From the NCBI RefSeq assembly GCF_000018785.1, contig NC_010163.1, positions 780,001 through 812,000 of the forward strand: 32,000 nucleotides of DNA, in the 5' to 3' direction. The DNA comes from Acholeplasma laidlawii PG-8A. GTDB taxonomy: Bacteria; Bacillota_I; Bacilli_A; Acholeplasmatales; Acholeplasmataceae. Positions 16,707 to 26,537 of this stretch are shown in pieces. Numbering within the stretch: the first letter of the stretch is position 1; the number at the start of each line of letters is the position of its first letter. Position numbers and translations under genes: made by a program. The notes under the pieces were generated by a model. It searched no databases. It worked only from the letters and a program-made list of their open reading frames with translations, and had not been told where the DNA came from.

Positions 16707-17578
16707 GATATGTCCTCCTTCTCATAAAAGTGCATAAATATTTCTTCTAAAGTTGGTTCAGTAATGCTCAAATCTTCTATGTTTATCGCACTTAATTGTT
16801 TAAGTAGTTCATCTATAGAACCATTAAAAATAAATGATATATTACCGTTTTGATGTTCTACTTGAATCATTTGTTCCGTTATCTTAAGTGTATCTTTAGT
16901 TTTAATTTTTACTCTTTTTGACTTGGATTTAAGTATATCTTCTATTGTTTCGACGCGAACTAGTTTACCTTCTCTAATAATCCCTACTCTGTCACAAATA
17001 CGTTCTACTTCACTTAAGTTATGGGATGAGAAGAAAATGGTTGTACCCTTTTTCTTTTCAGCATCTAGAATTTGAAAAAACTTATTTTGAATTAGTGGAT
17101 CGAGTCCGGATGTAGGTTCATCTAGAATAAGTATCTTAGGCTTCGTTACAAGTGCTGTTACAATAGCAACTTTCTTTTTATTACCAAAAGATAAGTCCTC
17201 AATTTTTCTGTCAACATCTAGGCTAAGCATTTCAACTAGATGGTCCATATAACCCTCATCTACTTCCCCATTAAAGCTTGATGCGTATTTAATAAACTTT
17301 TTGACTGTCATATCACCGTAAAAGTTTACTTCACTTGGAATGTAACCTACTTGTTTTCTAATAGCTATCGTATCTTTTACAATATCTAACCCATCTACTT
17401 GTGCAGAACCACTTGTAGGATATATCAAATTTAGTAAAGTTCTAACGGTTGTTGACTTACCAGCTCCATTAGGGCCAATAAACCCAAAAATCTCACCAGG
17501 ATGAACCTCTAGTGACACATCAATAATACCTCTTGATTTTTTATTATAGTATTTTGTTAGTTGTTCTAGTTTAATCAT
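16703..17578 (-). CDS. ABC transporter ATP-binding protein
   Basis: Walker A GPNGAGKST, signature LSFGNKKK, Walker B ILILDEPTSGLD, and an H-loop SSH. I chose the start at 17578 (MIKLEQL). Confidence 0.85.
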   Translation of the reverse strand: MIKLEQLTKYYNKKSRGIIDVSLEVHPGEIFGFIGPNGAGKSTTVRTLLNLIYPTSGSAQVDGLDIVKDTIAIRKQVGYIPSEVNFYGDMTVKKFIKYASSFNGEVDEGYMDHLVEMLSLDVDRKIEDLSFGNKKKVAIVTALVTKPKILILDEPTSGLDPLIQNKFFQILDAEKKKGTTIFFSSHNLSEVERICDRVGIIREGKLVRVETIEDILKSKSKRVKIKTKDTLKITEQMIQVEHQNGNISFIFNGSIDELLKQLSAINIEDLSITEPTLEEIFMHFYEKEDIS

Positions 17579-17687
17579 AGCATCCCACATCCTTTATCTT
17601 TATTATACTCTAATTATAAACTTGATTCATTCTATATTAATCTATATAATCTTTTACGACACCAACTTATATTCCAATCATAATACG

Positions 17688-17695
17688 TGTATAAT
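17688..17695 (+). promoter_or_regulatory. Extended -10 element TGTATAAT upstream of the GNAT gene
   Basis: It lies 23 nt upstream of the ATG, with the RBS CGAGGT in between. The -35 is weak. Confidence 0.35.
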
Positions 17696-17718
17696 ATAAA
17701 TAGTCGAGGTAAACAATA

Positions 17719-18213
17719 ATGATAAGGTTAGCACAAATAGATGACTTAGAGGGTATTATGAGTGTCATCAAGGACGCTCAATTAAGAATGAAAGAGGCTC
17801 ACATGACTCAGTGGCAAAACAATTACCCAAACCCTAAGGTCATTACAAAAGATATTGAAGATAAATCTCTTTATGTTTATACTAAAGATGGAGATATCAT
17901 AGGCACGATGAGTGTTTTCTCATATGATTCAGTTTATGATCATATAGAAGGTACATGGCTAAATCAAAATCCTTATATCGTTATTCATAGGATTGCTTTA
18001 GCATCTAGTGTTTTAGGACAAAATAAAACAAAAGAAATGATTAATTTTGCTTTTAATCATTTTAACATTAAGGATATAAGAATAGATACACATCCTAAAA
18101 ATACACCAATGATAAAGACTTTAGAGCGTCTAGGCTTTGTTTACTGCGGTATTGTCTATGTTACAACTGATACGGATGCTTTAAGATTAGCCTACCACAA
18201 ACATATTATTTAA
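17719..18213 (+). CDS. GNAT family N-acetyltransferase
   Basis: Size and motif pattern (IHRIAL...G..K..I......, ERLGF) fit the GNAT fold. Confidence 0.7.
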   Translation: MIRLAQIDDLEGIMSVIKDAQLRMKEAHMTQWQNNYPNPKVITKDIEDKSLYVYTKDGDIIGTMSVFSYDSVYDHIEGTWLNQNPYIVIHRIALASSVLGQNKTKEMINFAFNHFNIKDIRIDTHPKNTPMIKTLERLGFVYCGIVYVTTDTDALRLAYHKHII

Positions 18214-18214
18214 T

Positions 18215-18255
18215 AAAAAATGTGCAAACCTTACAAATTGGGTTGCACATTTTTC
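18215..18255. terminator. Bidirectional terminator between the convergent GNAT and membrane-protein genes
   Basis: AAAAATGTGCAA(A)CC ... GGTTGCACATTTTT, with T-runs on both strands. Confidence 0.55.
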
Positions 18256-18256
18256 A

Positions 18257-18763
18257 TTAGTAAAATTCTATATGTTTAGCTCTTTGTCTTCTTATCATTC
18301 TATTAATGTCTATGATGAACCAGACAATTAAACAAATACTTGAAAGTATAACAATACCTAATAGTGCATTTGTGTTTTCAAGATAGAGTGCACTAAATAC
18401 AATCAATAAGATTGGATAAGCATAATGGCTTATCTTTTTTAATACTTTAATTAATTGCATTAGTGGATGACCAGATTTATCTTTATTAATTACTTCTAAA
18501 AGGGTCACTACGAGTTGGAATAAAATGTAAGATAAAGATATTGTTACTAGGAATTTAGTACTGTAAATGAGTGATGTGACAACTAAAGTGATCACCAGTC
18601 CTAAAAATATATAGGTTAATACGAATTTTAATCGTTTTCTAAATAAATTATCCGTATCAACTTTTTTGAAAAACAGTCCAATGAGTTTTGCAATACCTGT
18701 AAATAAAATTTCTCCAAATAACTCAAAAAATAGTTGAATTACTATTTCAAATAAACCTTCCAT
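18257..18763 (-). CDS. Hypothetical membrane protein (about 5 TM)
   Basis: Hydrophobic 168-aa ORF with RBS AAGGGA. I recognise no motif. Confidence 0.5.
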   Translation of the reverse strand: MEGLFEIVIQLFFELFGEILFTGIAKLIGLFFKKVDTDNLFRKRLKFVLTYIFLGLVITLVVTSLIYSTKFLVTISLSYILFQLVVTLLEVINKDKSGHPLMQLIKVLKKISHYAYPILLIVFSALYLENTNALLGIVILSSICLIVWFIIDINRMIRRQRAKHIEFY

Positions 18764-18813
18764 ATACTTATCCCTTTTTCTATGTTTGACATAATTGTAT
18801 CATAATAAATAAA

Positions 18814-18864
18814 AAACTTTGCAGATTTTTGATATAAGTCTTTTATATCTTTTATGCAAAGTTT
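18814..18864 (-). terminator. Terminator after ddh
   Basis: Outer stem AAACTTTGCA / TGCAAAGTTT and inner stem GATATAA / TTATATC, then TTTTTTATTT on the minus strand. Confidence 0.6.
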
Positions 18865-18885
18865 ATTAAAAATTTTATTTATAGT

Positions 18886-19875
18886 TTAAATTAATTTCTT
18901 TCTAATTTCTTCAGCAGATAGATTTATTAAATAGGCTGGTGCAATATCAGCAATTGTTTTAGCTCCACTTGCACCTTCTTTGTTTAGTCTATAAGCCGCT
19001 CTTGCATATGCCAGTAATACACGTGCTGTAAAATCCGGATTAGAGTCTAATTTAAGCTGGTATTGAATCATTTGGTGATGTTCATTGTTTAAGCCTGTTT
19101 GACCGTATCTAATAACTAAGCCACCATGTGGTAAGCCTTGATGATTTTTTAGAAGTTCATCATGACTTATGAAATGCACTTTTGTTTCATACGGTTCAAA
19201 ATAATTAGGCATGGTCTTAATATCGTGTTCTATTTTTGTTAAGTCTGCACCAGTTTCTGCAACAACATAACAAATTCTTTTATGCTTATCCTTTACAGAT
19301 AGTGTTGGCATGTCTCCATTTTTAACAGCATCAATTGCTGATTTAATCGGTACTGTATATTGAACAGCGTGTTTTACACCTGATACTCTTCTAATGGCAT
19401 CTGAATGCCCTTGACTTACGCCTTCTCCCCAAAAGGTATAGGTTTCACCAACTGGTAGTATAGCTTCAGCAAGTATTCTATTGATTGAAAACATACCAGG
19501 ATCCCAACCACTTGCTACTACACTTAACTTTTGAGCCTTTTTAGATGCTTCATCCATATGGTTAAAATACTCATTTATTAAAGCATGGTTATCATATCCG
19601 TCTACAGTATTCATAAGACTTGCGATTAAAGGTCCTTGAACTGGTAAATCAGACATGCTACCACCGCATAAAATAGCTACATCTATCCTATCTTTTAAGT
19701 TTTCGACTTCATCCAAATGATAAACTGATACACCTTTAGTCGTTGTCTCTAACGTTTTAGGATCACGTCTTGTAAATACACCAAACAGTTCCATATCATC
19801 ACTTTGCAACAGACCAGTTTCTATGCTTTTACCAAGATTACCATATCCAATAATTGCAATTTTAATTTTACTCAT
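18886..19875 (-). CDS. ddh: meso-Diaminopimelate D-dehydrogenase
   Basis: Collinear with Corynebacterium Ddh as I remember it: IAIIGYGNLGKS, SGWDPGMFSINR, TFWG.GVSQGHSDAIRR, AVQYT, KHKR.CYVVA, TMPNYF, PHGG, KLD.NPDFTA. Confidence 0.9.
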   Translation of the reverse strand: MSKIKIAIIGYGNLGKSIETGLLQSDDMELFGVFTRRDPKTLETTTKGVSVYHLDEVENLKDRIDVAILCGGSMSDLPVQGPLIASLMNTVDGYDNHALINEYFNHMDEASKKAQKLSVVASGWDPGMFSINRILAEAILPVGETYTFWGEGVSQGHSDAIRRVSGVKHAVQYTVPIKSAIDAVKNGDMPTLSVKDKHKRICYVVAETGADLTKIEHDIKTMPNYFEPYETKVHFISHDELLKNHQGLPHGGLVIRYGQTGLNNEHHQMIQYQLKLDSNPDFTARVLLAYARAAYRLNKEGASGAKTIADIAPAYLINLSAEEIRKKLI

Positions 19876-20007
19876 TTTCTAACCTCTCTCATCACTTCGT
19901 ATACAAATTACTTTTACATTATACTTCATAATTTAGTTTTTAGTTTCGTTATTGATTATATGAATTACTTATAATAATACTTGTTTATTCAAAAGAAACA
20001 ATTACTT

Positions 20008-21495
20008 CTAGTCATTTATTGTTTGATTAATTGTAGTGGTTTTACCACTTAAATAACTACTAAATTTCATATTTTTAGTTTCATTATAGTTGAATAAACA
20101 TTCAAAATAGCCCATACCCGAAATGGTAATGTTAACCGCATTATCATAAATTTCTTTGCGTATTTGGTAGACTTCATTAAACATTTCATCTTTATAAAAC
20201 TTAGTACTCATGGCTTCTAATATGACTTTTTTGTAGTTTTCTAGATAAGCTTCAGGTGCACCCTTAACTACAGTTTTAAGCACTAGTGGATTGATTTGAT
20301 CATCTACACCACCCATCGTAGTCATTTTAGCATATGGACTATATGAAGTCATACCATCTCCACTTGGGTTCCAATCTCTTGTAACACCAAAGGTTCTATC
20401 AAAATCATAAGGGATAAATATCGCTTGATTCGTATCTTTTAAAAAGTAAATGTAGTAGTTATTATAGTGATGTCTCAGATCATCAGGGTTACCTACCAAA
20501 TACGAAATGGCTTCATAGACTAAATAATAGTTCATATTCACTAAACTAGAAAAATCTGTATCTTGATTCAGTGTTTGAATCAATGTTTTTAATAGTATAT
20601 GTTCATTATTCTTCTTATTTGTTTTTAGATCATATACCGGAAAATACGATTCATCTTCATTTTCAACACCTATTTTATTTATTGTATCCATCGTAAGACT
20701 TCCACCTTTTTCATAGTCCCATCCTACTTTATAGAGATCTCCACCTAAGTGTTTCGAACCTAATCTTTTTTCTAAAAAGAGTTCATCAATACATTCAAGT
20801 GCAAAATACACGCCTAAGTTTTCATAATCTTGGCGATATTTTAATTGCATATTTACAGATGTTATCTTAGGTGCTAACACACCAAAACTTGAATACATTT
20901 CATAAGTCCAGTACTCTCTTGAATAAGTTTCATCAAAACTCTTATTCCACTTTAAATCTAATTTTTCCATACCAGCAAAAGTTCTATCTTTTCTTTCATC
21001 ACGAGCTTCTTTACTTGCCCAAACTTTAGGGTTAGCATAGTATGCTTCATCATCAAAGGTTTGTTTAAAGGATAGTTTATAGTGAATTAGGTGATATAGA
21101 CCTTGCTCTTGATTATAGAAATTAGTTCTTGAAGTATTACCCTTCATACGAATACCTACTTCTTCAAAAACATGAGTTTTACCATTGATAATGAATGTTA
21201 CATTACTCATTCTGTATATCGGTGATTTGCTACCCTTGGAAGCATAAGTTTCATAATCACTTTGAATGAGTGCAAGTTCACTTTCAGCAATATCTATTTT
21301 GATTTGCACATTTGAGTTTACATCAAAAAATTCATCATATAATCCAGATGTATTCTTTACATAATCCATTTTAGTATCAAGAGAGACTATGTCATCATCA
21401 TCTTCTTTATCTGGAGCATCCTCAGTCTTTGGTGTACAACCAACTACGAATATGCTCAAGATTATTGATAAAACGAATAGAAACGTTTTTTTCAT
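20008..21495 (-). CDS. CotH-like (atypical kinase fold) lipoprotein
   Basis: Signal peptide plus lipobox (FVVGC), an acidic linker, and a CotH-like core (IRMKGNTSR, LDLKWNKSFDE, NNYYIYF...IPYDFDRTFG). I chose the start at 21495 (MKKTF) with GGAGG upstream. Confidence 0.6.
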   Translation of the reverse strand: MKKTFLFVLSIILSIFVVGCTPKTEDAPDKEDDDDIVSLDTKMDYVKNTSGLYDEFFDVNSNVQIKIDIAESELALIQSDYETYASKGSKSPIYRMSNVTFIINGKTHVFEEVGIRMKGNTSRTNFYNQEQGLYHLIHYKLSFKQTFDDEAYYANPKVWASKEARDERKDRTFAGMEKLDLKWNKSFDETYSREYWTYEMYSSFGVLAPKITSVNMQLKYRQDYENLGVYFALECIDELFLEKRLGSKHLGGDLYKVGWDYEKGGSLTMDTINKIGVENEDESYFPVYDLKTNKKNNEHILLKTLIQTLNQDTDFSSLVNMNYYLVYEAISYLVGNPDDLRHHYNNYYIYFLKDTNQAIFIPYDFDRTFGVTRDWNPSGDGMTSYSPYAKMTTMGGVDDQINPLVLKTVVKGAPEAYLENYKKVILEAMSTKFYKDEMFNEVYQIRKEIYDNAVNITISGMGYFECLFNYNETKNMKFSSYLSGKTTTINQTIND

Positions 21496-21647
21496 CTGAA
21501 CCTCCAAAAGTAAATCAACTTTAATTAAATTATACCACTTATGACATATTTGATGAGTTCATGCATATAAATTATAAACTTAGAAGTTTGATAATTTGCT
21601 TCGTGATATAATGTAGTTATACTAAATATATTAAAGGAGCGCTTCAT

Positions 21648-22466
21648 ATGAAAGTTATTAATCAGCATTACACATTAAGCAATGGGGTCAAAATACCAAA
21701 AATTGGACTAGGTACTTGGCAGGTAAAAGATGGTGATGAGGCATATAATTCTGTCTTAATTGCCCTTAAAAATGGCTATCGTCATATTGATACTGCAGAA
21801 GGCTATCGGAATGAAGCATCTGTTGGACGCGCCATTAAAGATTCAGGCATTCCTCGTGATGAAATATTTGTCACCTCTAAACTAGAATCACATATTAAAA
21901 CGTATGAAGGTGCACTTGAAGCATTTGACAAGACACTAAAAGCCCTTGATTTTGAATATTTAGATTTATTCTTAATTCATGCACCTTGGCCATGGGATGA
22001 AGTTGGTAAAGAATGTCATGAAGGTAATGTATTAGCTTATAAAGCCATGGAAAAACTATATAAAGATGGAAAAATTAGAGCAATCGGAATATCTAATTTT
22101 GAACCAGTTGACATAGAAAATATCATTACTCATTGTGAAATTGTTCCACATGTGAATCAAATTGCTTACTTTATTGGACTAGATCAATCAAAAACTATTG
22201 AAAGTTGTAATAAGCATAATATATTTGTTGAAGCCTACTCTCCTTTAGGTACAGGCCGTTTATTATCTAATGAAGTTATAGTTCAAATGGCAGAAAAATA
22301 TCAAGTATCACCCGCACAAATCTGTATCCGTTACTGCTTACAAAAAGGCACTGCACCATTACCAAAATCAACACATGAAGAACGTATTATTATGAATACA
22401 AAAGTGGATTTTGAAATTAGTACTGATGATATGAATGTCTTAGATCACGTCAAGAAGAATTTCTAA
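21648..22466 (+). CDS. Aldo/keto reductase (YvgN/2,5-diketogluconate reductase-like)
   Basis: GLGTWQ, GYRHIDTAEGY, LDLFLIHAPW, IGISNF, and a C-terminal LPKS. Confidence 0.85.
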   Translation: MKVINQHYTLSNGVKIPKIGLGTWQVKDGDEAYNSVLIALKNGYRHIDTAEGYRNEASVGRAIKDSGIPRDEIFVTSKLESHIKTYEGALEAFDKTLKALDFEYLDLFLIHAPWPWDEVGKECHEGNVLAYKAMEKLYKDGKIRAIGISNFEPVDIENIITHCEIVPHVNQIAYFIGLDQSKTIESCNKHNIFVEAYSPLGTGRLLSNEVIVQMAEKYQVSPAQICIRYCLQKGTAPLPKSTHEERIIMNTKVDFEISTDDMNVLDHVKKNF

Positions 22467-22490
22467 ACATACCTATTTTGATATTTAATG

Positions 22491-22520
22491 AAAAACCTTA
22501 CTTTTCGTAAGGTTTTTTTG
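22491..22520 (+). terminator. Terminator after the aldo/keto reductase gene
   Basis: AAAAACCTTAC-TTTTC-GTAAGGTTTTT followed by further T. Confidence 0.75.
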
Positions 22521-22640
22521 AACATCATGTTTAATTTTTTAGGTACTTTTTAAATCATAAAATGAATTAATTTAATTTTTGTAATTGATCAATTTTAAGC
22601 TTGAAAATCAGCAAAAATACATATTTTAGTAAACGATATG

Positions 22641-22681
22641 AAAAGAATATCTGTAACAGTTAGATTCATAGATATTCTTTT
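22641..22681 (-). terminator. Hairpin/terminator after the zinc-ribbon gene
   Basis: 12-bp stem AAAAGAATATCT / AGATATTCTTTT with a 17-nt loop and TTTTC on the minus strand. Confidence 0.45.
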
Positions 22682-22692
22682 TACTGATTGTA

Positions 22693-22917
22693 TTAAATTT
22701 TTTGAGCATACTTGCTATCTTTAATTTTTGTTAGATCTTTTTTATCTATCCATGTTTCTGTATAACCACAGTCACTACATACATACAACCTTACTTCTAC
22801 ACCACCAAAACTACTAGTCCGTACATAGATATAAGCTAAACCACCTGAAGCATAGTATCTATCAAATTTTTTGATGTTTAAACTTTCACATTTTGGACAT
22901 ACTTTTGTGTCTTTCAT
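22693..22917 (-). CDS. Small 4-Cys zinc-ribbon protein, function unknown
   Basis: CPKC...CSDC pairs. I chose the start at 22917 (MKDTKV) with GGGGGGA upstream. Confidence 0.5.
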   Translation of the reverse strand: MKDTKVCPKCESLNIKKFDRYYASGGLAYIYVRTSSFGGVEVRLYVCSDCGYTETWIDKKDLTKIKDSKYAQKI

Positions 22918-23021
22918 TATATAACTCCCCCCCATTTTATTAAATTTATTACTACTTATTATATGACGTTCTTGTTACTTTAATTTTATGCTAATTATTT
23001 TATTTTAACAAATAAAATCAT

Positions 23022-23055
23022 AAAAAAAGACTTGAATAAATCCAAGTCTATTTTT
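23022..23055 (-). terminator. Terminator after the M42 peptidase gene
   Basis: AGACTTG-(8 nt)-CAAGTCT, with 7 T on the minus strand. Confidence 0.6.
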
Positions 23056-23068
23056 AGAACTATAAATT

Positions 23069-24103
23069 TTACTTAATCAAATATGTATAAATTAATTTTA
23101 GTGTGTTTTCAATACCTTTTAAGTGGGTTCTTTCCATACCATGTGAGGCACTCACACCACTCCCAATTAATGCACCCTTCATATCGACACCAGCTCTTCT
23201 TGCTGCACCAATATCACTACCATAATATGGGAATATATCTACTGTAAAATCAAGTTGGTTTTCTTTAGCCATCTCAATGAGTTTTGTTGTTAACTCGTAG
23301 TCATATGGACCACCTGAATCTTTAGCACAAATAGATACTGCATATTCACTACCTGCTAAATCAAGACCAATACAACCCATATCAAGTGTAACAAACTCTG
23401 AGATTTTACTATCAACAATGGAAGCACCATGACCAACTTCTTCGTAAACAACAAAATATATTTTTGTATCATACTTAAATTGAATTTTATGTTCTGAAGT
23501 GTATTTCAGAAGCATGAGTAAGATAACTACTGAAGCTTTATCATCAATAAATCTTGATTTTAAAAAACCTGTGTCTGTTATGGTAAATTTAGTATCATAG
23601 CTTACAATATCTCCGTTTTGAATACCAAGCTTAGTAACATCTTCTTTAGAAGACACTTCTACATCTAATCTAACTTCTAAGGAATCTATATCCCTAGATT
23701 TAGTATTCGCATCCTTAAATACATGTACAGCAGGAGATGTAGAAAGTATGGTACCAGTATATTTTTTGCCATCACGTGTATAAATAGTACAGTATTCTCC
23801 ATCAAGTGTTGGTGTACTAGGTCCTCCTAATGTTGTAAGTGTTAAATTTCCATTAGATTTGATGGATCTAACCATTAAACCTAGTGTGTCACAGTGAGCA
23901 GATGTTGCAACTATTTTTGATGAATCTTTACCTTTGATAAATATCTCTAGTGCACCACTATTTAATATGGTAGATTTATACCCATAATTATCAACATATC
24001 GCTTAATCAATTCTATAACTTGTTTTGTAAATCCTGTTGGGGAGTCACATTCAAAAATCTCTTTGGCTACTTGTTTAAAATACGCTAAATCAAATGATAT
24101 CAT
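23069..24103 (-). CDS. M42 family metallopeptidase (aminopeptidase/FrvX-like)
   Basis: SAHCDTLGLMV (H-x-D metal site), FIDDKAS, YEEVGHGAS, and a C-terminal SASHGMER. I chose the start at 24103 with GAGAGGT upstream. Confidence 0.8.
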   Translation of the reverse strand: MISFDLAYFKQVAKEIFECDSPTGFTKQVIELIKRYVDNYGYKSTILNSGALEIFIKGKDSSKIVATSAHCDTLGLMVRSIKSNGNLTLTTLGGPSTPTLDGEYCTIYTRDGKKYTGTILSTSPAVHVFKDANTKSRDIDSLEVRLDVEVSSKEDVTKLGIQNGDIVSYDTKFTITDTGFLKSRFIDDKASVVILLMLLKYTSEHKIQFKYDTKIYFVVYEEVGHGASIVDSKISEFVTLDMGCIGLDLAGSEYAVSICAKDSGGPYDYELTTKLIEMAKENQLDFTVDIFPYYGSDIGAARRAGVDMKGALIGSGVSASHGMERTHLKGIENTLKLIYTYLIK

Positions 24104-24312
24104 ATTTTTACCTCTCATTAATTAATGTATCAATTATATCAAGAATTAATTAATAATTAAAGATTAATTATTCATACATAACATGTTGCAAATTGGTATA
24201 TTTTTAAAACATTTAAGGATATCATGTGATTTCTCATAAGATGTGTAGAATGTCTTTATTATTGTATACTTTATGATTATTGTTTGCTACAATTATCTTT
24301 GAGGTATTTTTT

Positions 24313-25722
24313 ATGAAAAGATTTTGTAAATATTTTGGCGATAAAGCCTTCTATAAAATGGCATTAGCAATCATAATTCCAGTAGTTATTCAACAATTAA
24401 TTTTAAACCTAGCAGGTCTTATTGATACCTTTATGATCAATGGGTTTTCACAAACAGCATATACCGGTGTATCCACAGCTAACAGATTTATGTTTATAAT
24501 CAACTTCTTTTGGATCGGATTAGCAGCAGGTATTAGTGTGTTTGTTTCACAATATTTTGGGGCCAAGAATAAAAAAGGTATTATCGGAACCTTTCAACTA
24601 GGTATCTTATTAGCAATCGTTTTTGGTATTTTTTCTACTTTCTTAATTAATGTATTAGGTCCTGAAATGATAAAAATGTTCTTACCAACAACTGACCCTG
24701 AACAAGTTGAGTCTGTAATGTTTGGTATTGAGTATATTAAGATTATAGGATATGGTGCGATTGTATTTTTATCATCTTTTATGATTGCAACCTTCTTTAG
24801 ATCAGTTGGTCGTGCTAAGGCACCATTATTTGCAGGTGTCATTGGTATTGTTGTAAATATGGTTTTAAATATGATATTAATATATGGTTTCTTAGGTTTC
24901 CCGGCAATGGGTGCGATTGGTGCAGCTTGGGCTACTGTAATATCTAAGATTGTGGAATTAGTAGTTTTACTTGTGATTGCATTCTTCTATAGTAATGAGA
25001 ATTATGCTAGAGAAATATTTAAAAAATTCCTAATAACAAAACGCTTAGTCATAATGTATATATCAAAGGGTGGTCCAATAATTATAAATGAAATATTATG
25101 GTCAATCGCAATGGTACTTTATGCAATGTTTATTACTAGTGGTATTTATGAATGGGTAACTGCTTATGGCTACTCACAAAATGCTACAGACATCTTCTTT
25201 GTATATTACTCAGGTATGGCAACCGCAACAGGGGTAATACTTGGTCAAGCCCTTGGTGAAGGTGATTTTGAAAATGCAAAAGACTACCTTATCAAACTAC
25301 GTGCCGTCATGATGGTAACAAATATAGGTATTATGTTATTAATTGTTCTATTATCCCCTATAATACTCCTCATGTTTACACCCGTTAACTCGCTTTATTG
25401 GTTGGCATATCAGCTGATATTAATAAATGTTATCTTCATTGCAATTTATGGCTATAATGTAATGAGTTATTACGCACTAAGAGCTGGAGGCGATTCAATT
25501 AGAACATTTTTACTAGATCAACTTCCAACATACTTAGTCGGGTTACCTATAGTTATGTTATTAAGTCATTATAGAGTAGAATTAGGTGTGAATATTCTAA
25601 TTATATTCCTTGCAAGTAAGTCAACAGATGTTGTAAAACTCATATTTGCTAGACATATTATTAAAAAAGGGACTTGGTTAAATAACTTAACTCTTGATGA
25701 AGTCAAAATAAAAACAGCCTAG
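24313..25722 (+). CDS. MATE family efflux transporter
   Basis: 12-TM protein of two repeated halves with an N-terminal MATE-like P..IQQL..N....D motif. I chose the start at 24313 (MKRFCKYF) with GAGGT upstream. The track start is TTG. Confidence 0.85.
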   Translation: MKRFCKYFGDKAFYKMALAIIIPVVIQQLILNLAGLIDTFMINGFSQTAYTGVSTANRFMFIINFFWIGLAAGISVFVSQYFGAKNKKGIIGTFQLGILLAIVFGIFSTFLINVLGPEMIKMFLPTTDPEQVESVMFGIEYIKIIGYGAIVFLSSFMIATFFRSVGRAKAPLFAGVIGIVVNMVLNMILIYGFLGFPAMGAIGAAWATVISKIVELVVLLVIAFFYSNENYAREIFKKFLITKRLVIMYISKGGPIIINEILWSIAMVLYAMFITSGIYEWVTAYGYSQNATDIFFVYYSGMATATGVILGQALGEGDFENAKDYLIKLRAVMMVTNIGIMLLIVLLSPIILLMFTPVNSLYWLAYQLILINVIFIAIYGYNVMSYYALRAGGDSIRTFLLDQLPTYLVGLPIVMLLSHYRVELGVNILIIFLASKSTDVVKLIFARHIIKKGTWLNNLTLDEVKIKTA

Positions 25723-25734
25723 GCTGTTTTTTTA
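25708..25734 (+). terminator. Terminator overlapping the MATE stop codon
   Basis: AAAACAGC-CTAG-GCTGTTTT followed by further T. Confidence 0.55.
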
Positions 25735-25766
25735 TTAATTTATGTAATTAAATATTTATTTATAAA

Positions 25767-26372
25767 TTATTTAAGTATTCGAACTTCATCAGTTAATATG
25801 TATGAATCATTCACAACATCCATATAAAGGTAAACTTCAAAGGTAGATTTATGATTTATAACTTTGATGATCAGTGTGTTTTCAGTAAATTCACTTTCAA
25901 TTTTATCGATTGAAAATGGATACATATGAGAATTTAAATCAGCAACCGACTTGGCAAATACACCTGATTTTACATCATAAAGGTCGTAATAATAGTCCAT
26001 AATGCCATCAGTTCTAATTATAATCATATTTGTATCGGGTACTTCATAAATAGTATTTGCAAAACCAAAAGTGAACCCTAGAAGTAAAATAAATGAAAGT
26101 CCTATACTTACAAAACCAATAAATAAACCTATTAGTAATTTAAAAAGCGTTTTGATCTCAGAAAATAAAAGTGTTATACCCATAGCTATTAAATATAGGG
26201 CTAAGACTGGATATACAAACCAATCCTTTGAAAATGCATAAGAAAATAGAATCATATATTCGATTTTCGCTAATAAACCTATAACAATCATTAACCAAAG
26301 TAATATGATAACTGTAGAAATCATCATAAAAATATATTTCTTATTTAATTTTTTTTGTTTAATTAACTCCAT
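25767..26372 (-). CDS. Hypothetical membrane protein (4 TM plus a C-terminal soluble domain of about 90 aa)
   Basis: I chose the start at 26372 (MELIKQ) with AAAGGGTGA upstream. I recognise no motif. Confidence 0.5.
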   Translation of the reverse strand: MELIKQKKLNKKYIFMMISTVIILLWLMIVIGLLAKIEYMILFSYAFSKDWFVYPVLALYLIAMGITLLFSEIKTLFKLLIGLFIGFVSIGLSFILLLGFTFGFANTIYEVPDTNMIIIRTDGIMDYYYDLYDVKSGVFAKSVADLNSHMYPFSIDKIESEFTENTLIIKVINHKSTFEVYLYMDVVNDSYILTDEVRILK

Positions 26373-26487
26373 AAAATTCACCCTTTAATTTATTTGACAA
26401 TCATATTTAAATAATCCCCATTATGTTAAGTTGATTATATCATATTAAATGCTTGATTTGATATTTAGTATAAGTTGTTCTACAATG

Positions 26488-26518
26488 AAAAAGGCTTGAT
26501 ATTGGAATCAAGCCTTTT
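26488..26518 (-). terminator. Terminator after the LRR lipoprotein gene
   Basis: AAAAGGCTTGA / TCAAGCCTTTT stem, then TTTTTC on the minus strand. Confidence 0.65.
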
Positions 26519-26537
26519 ATATTCATGAACGAACACA

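Noticed and set aside
19876-20007. Lysine riboswitch (L-box) upstream of ddh
   Set aside because: The 132-nt leader is too short and too AT-rich, and it lacks the conserved GC-containing helices of the L-box.
24119-24312. Repeated TTAATTAA motifs upstream of the M42 peptidase and MATE genes
   Set aside because: This is low-complexity AT-rich divergent promoter DNA. The repeats are not spaced or conserved in a way that indicates a specific element.
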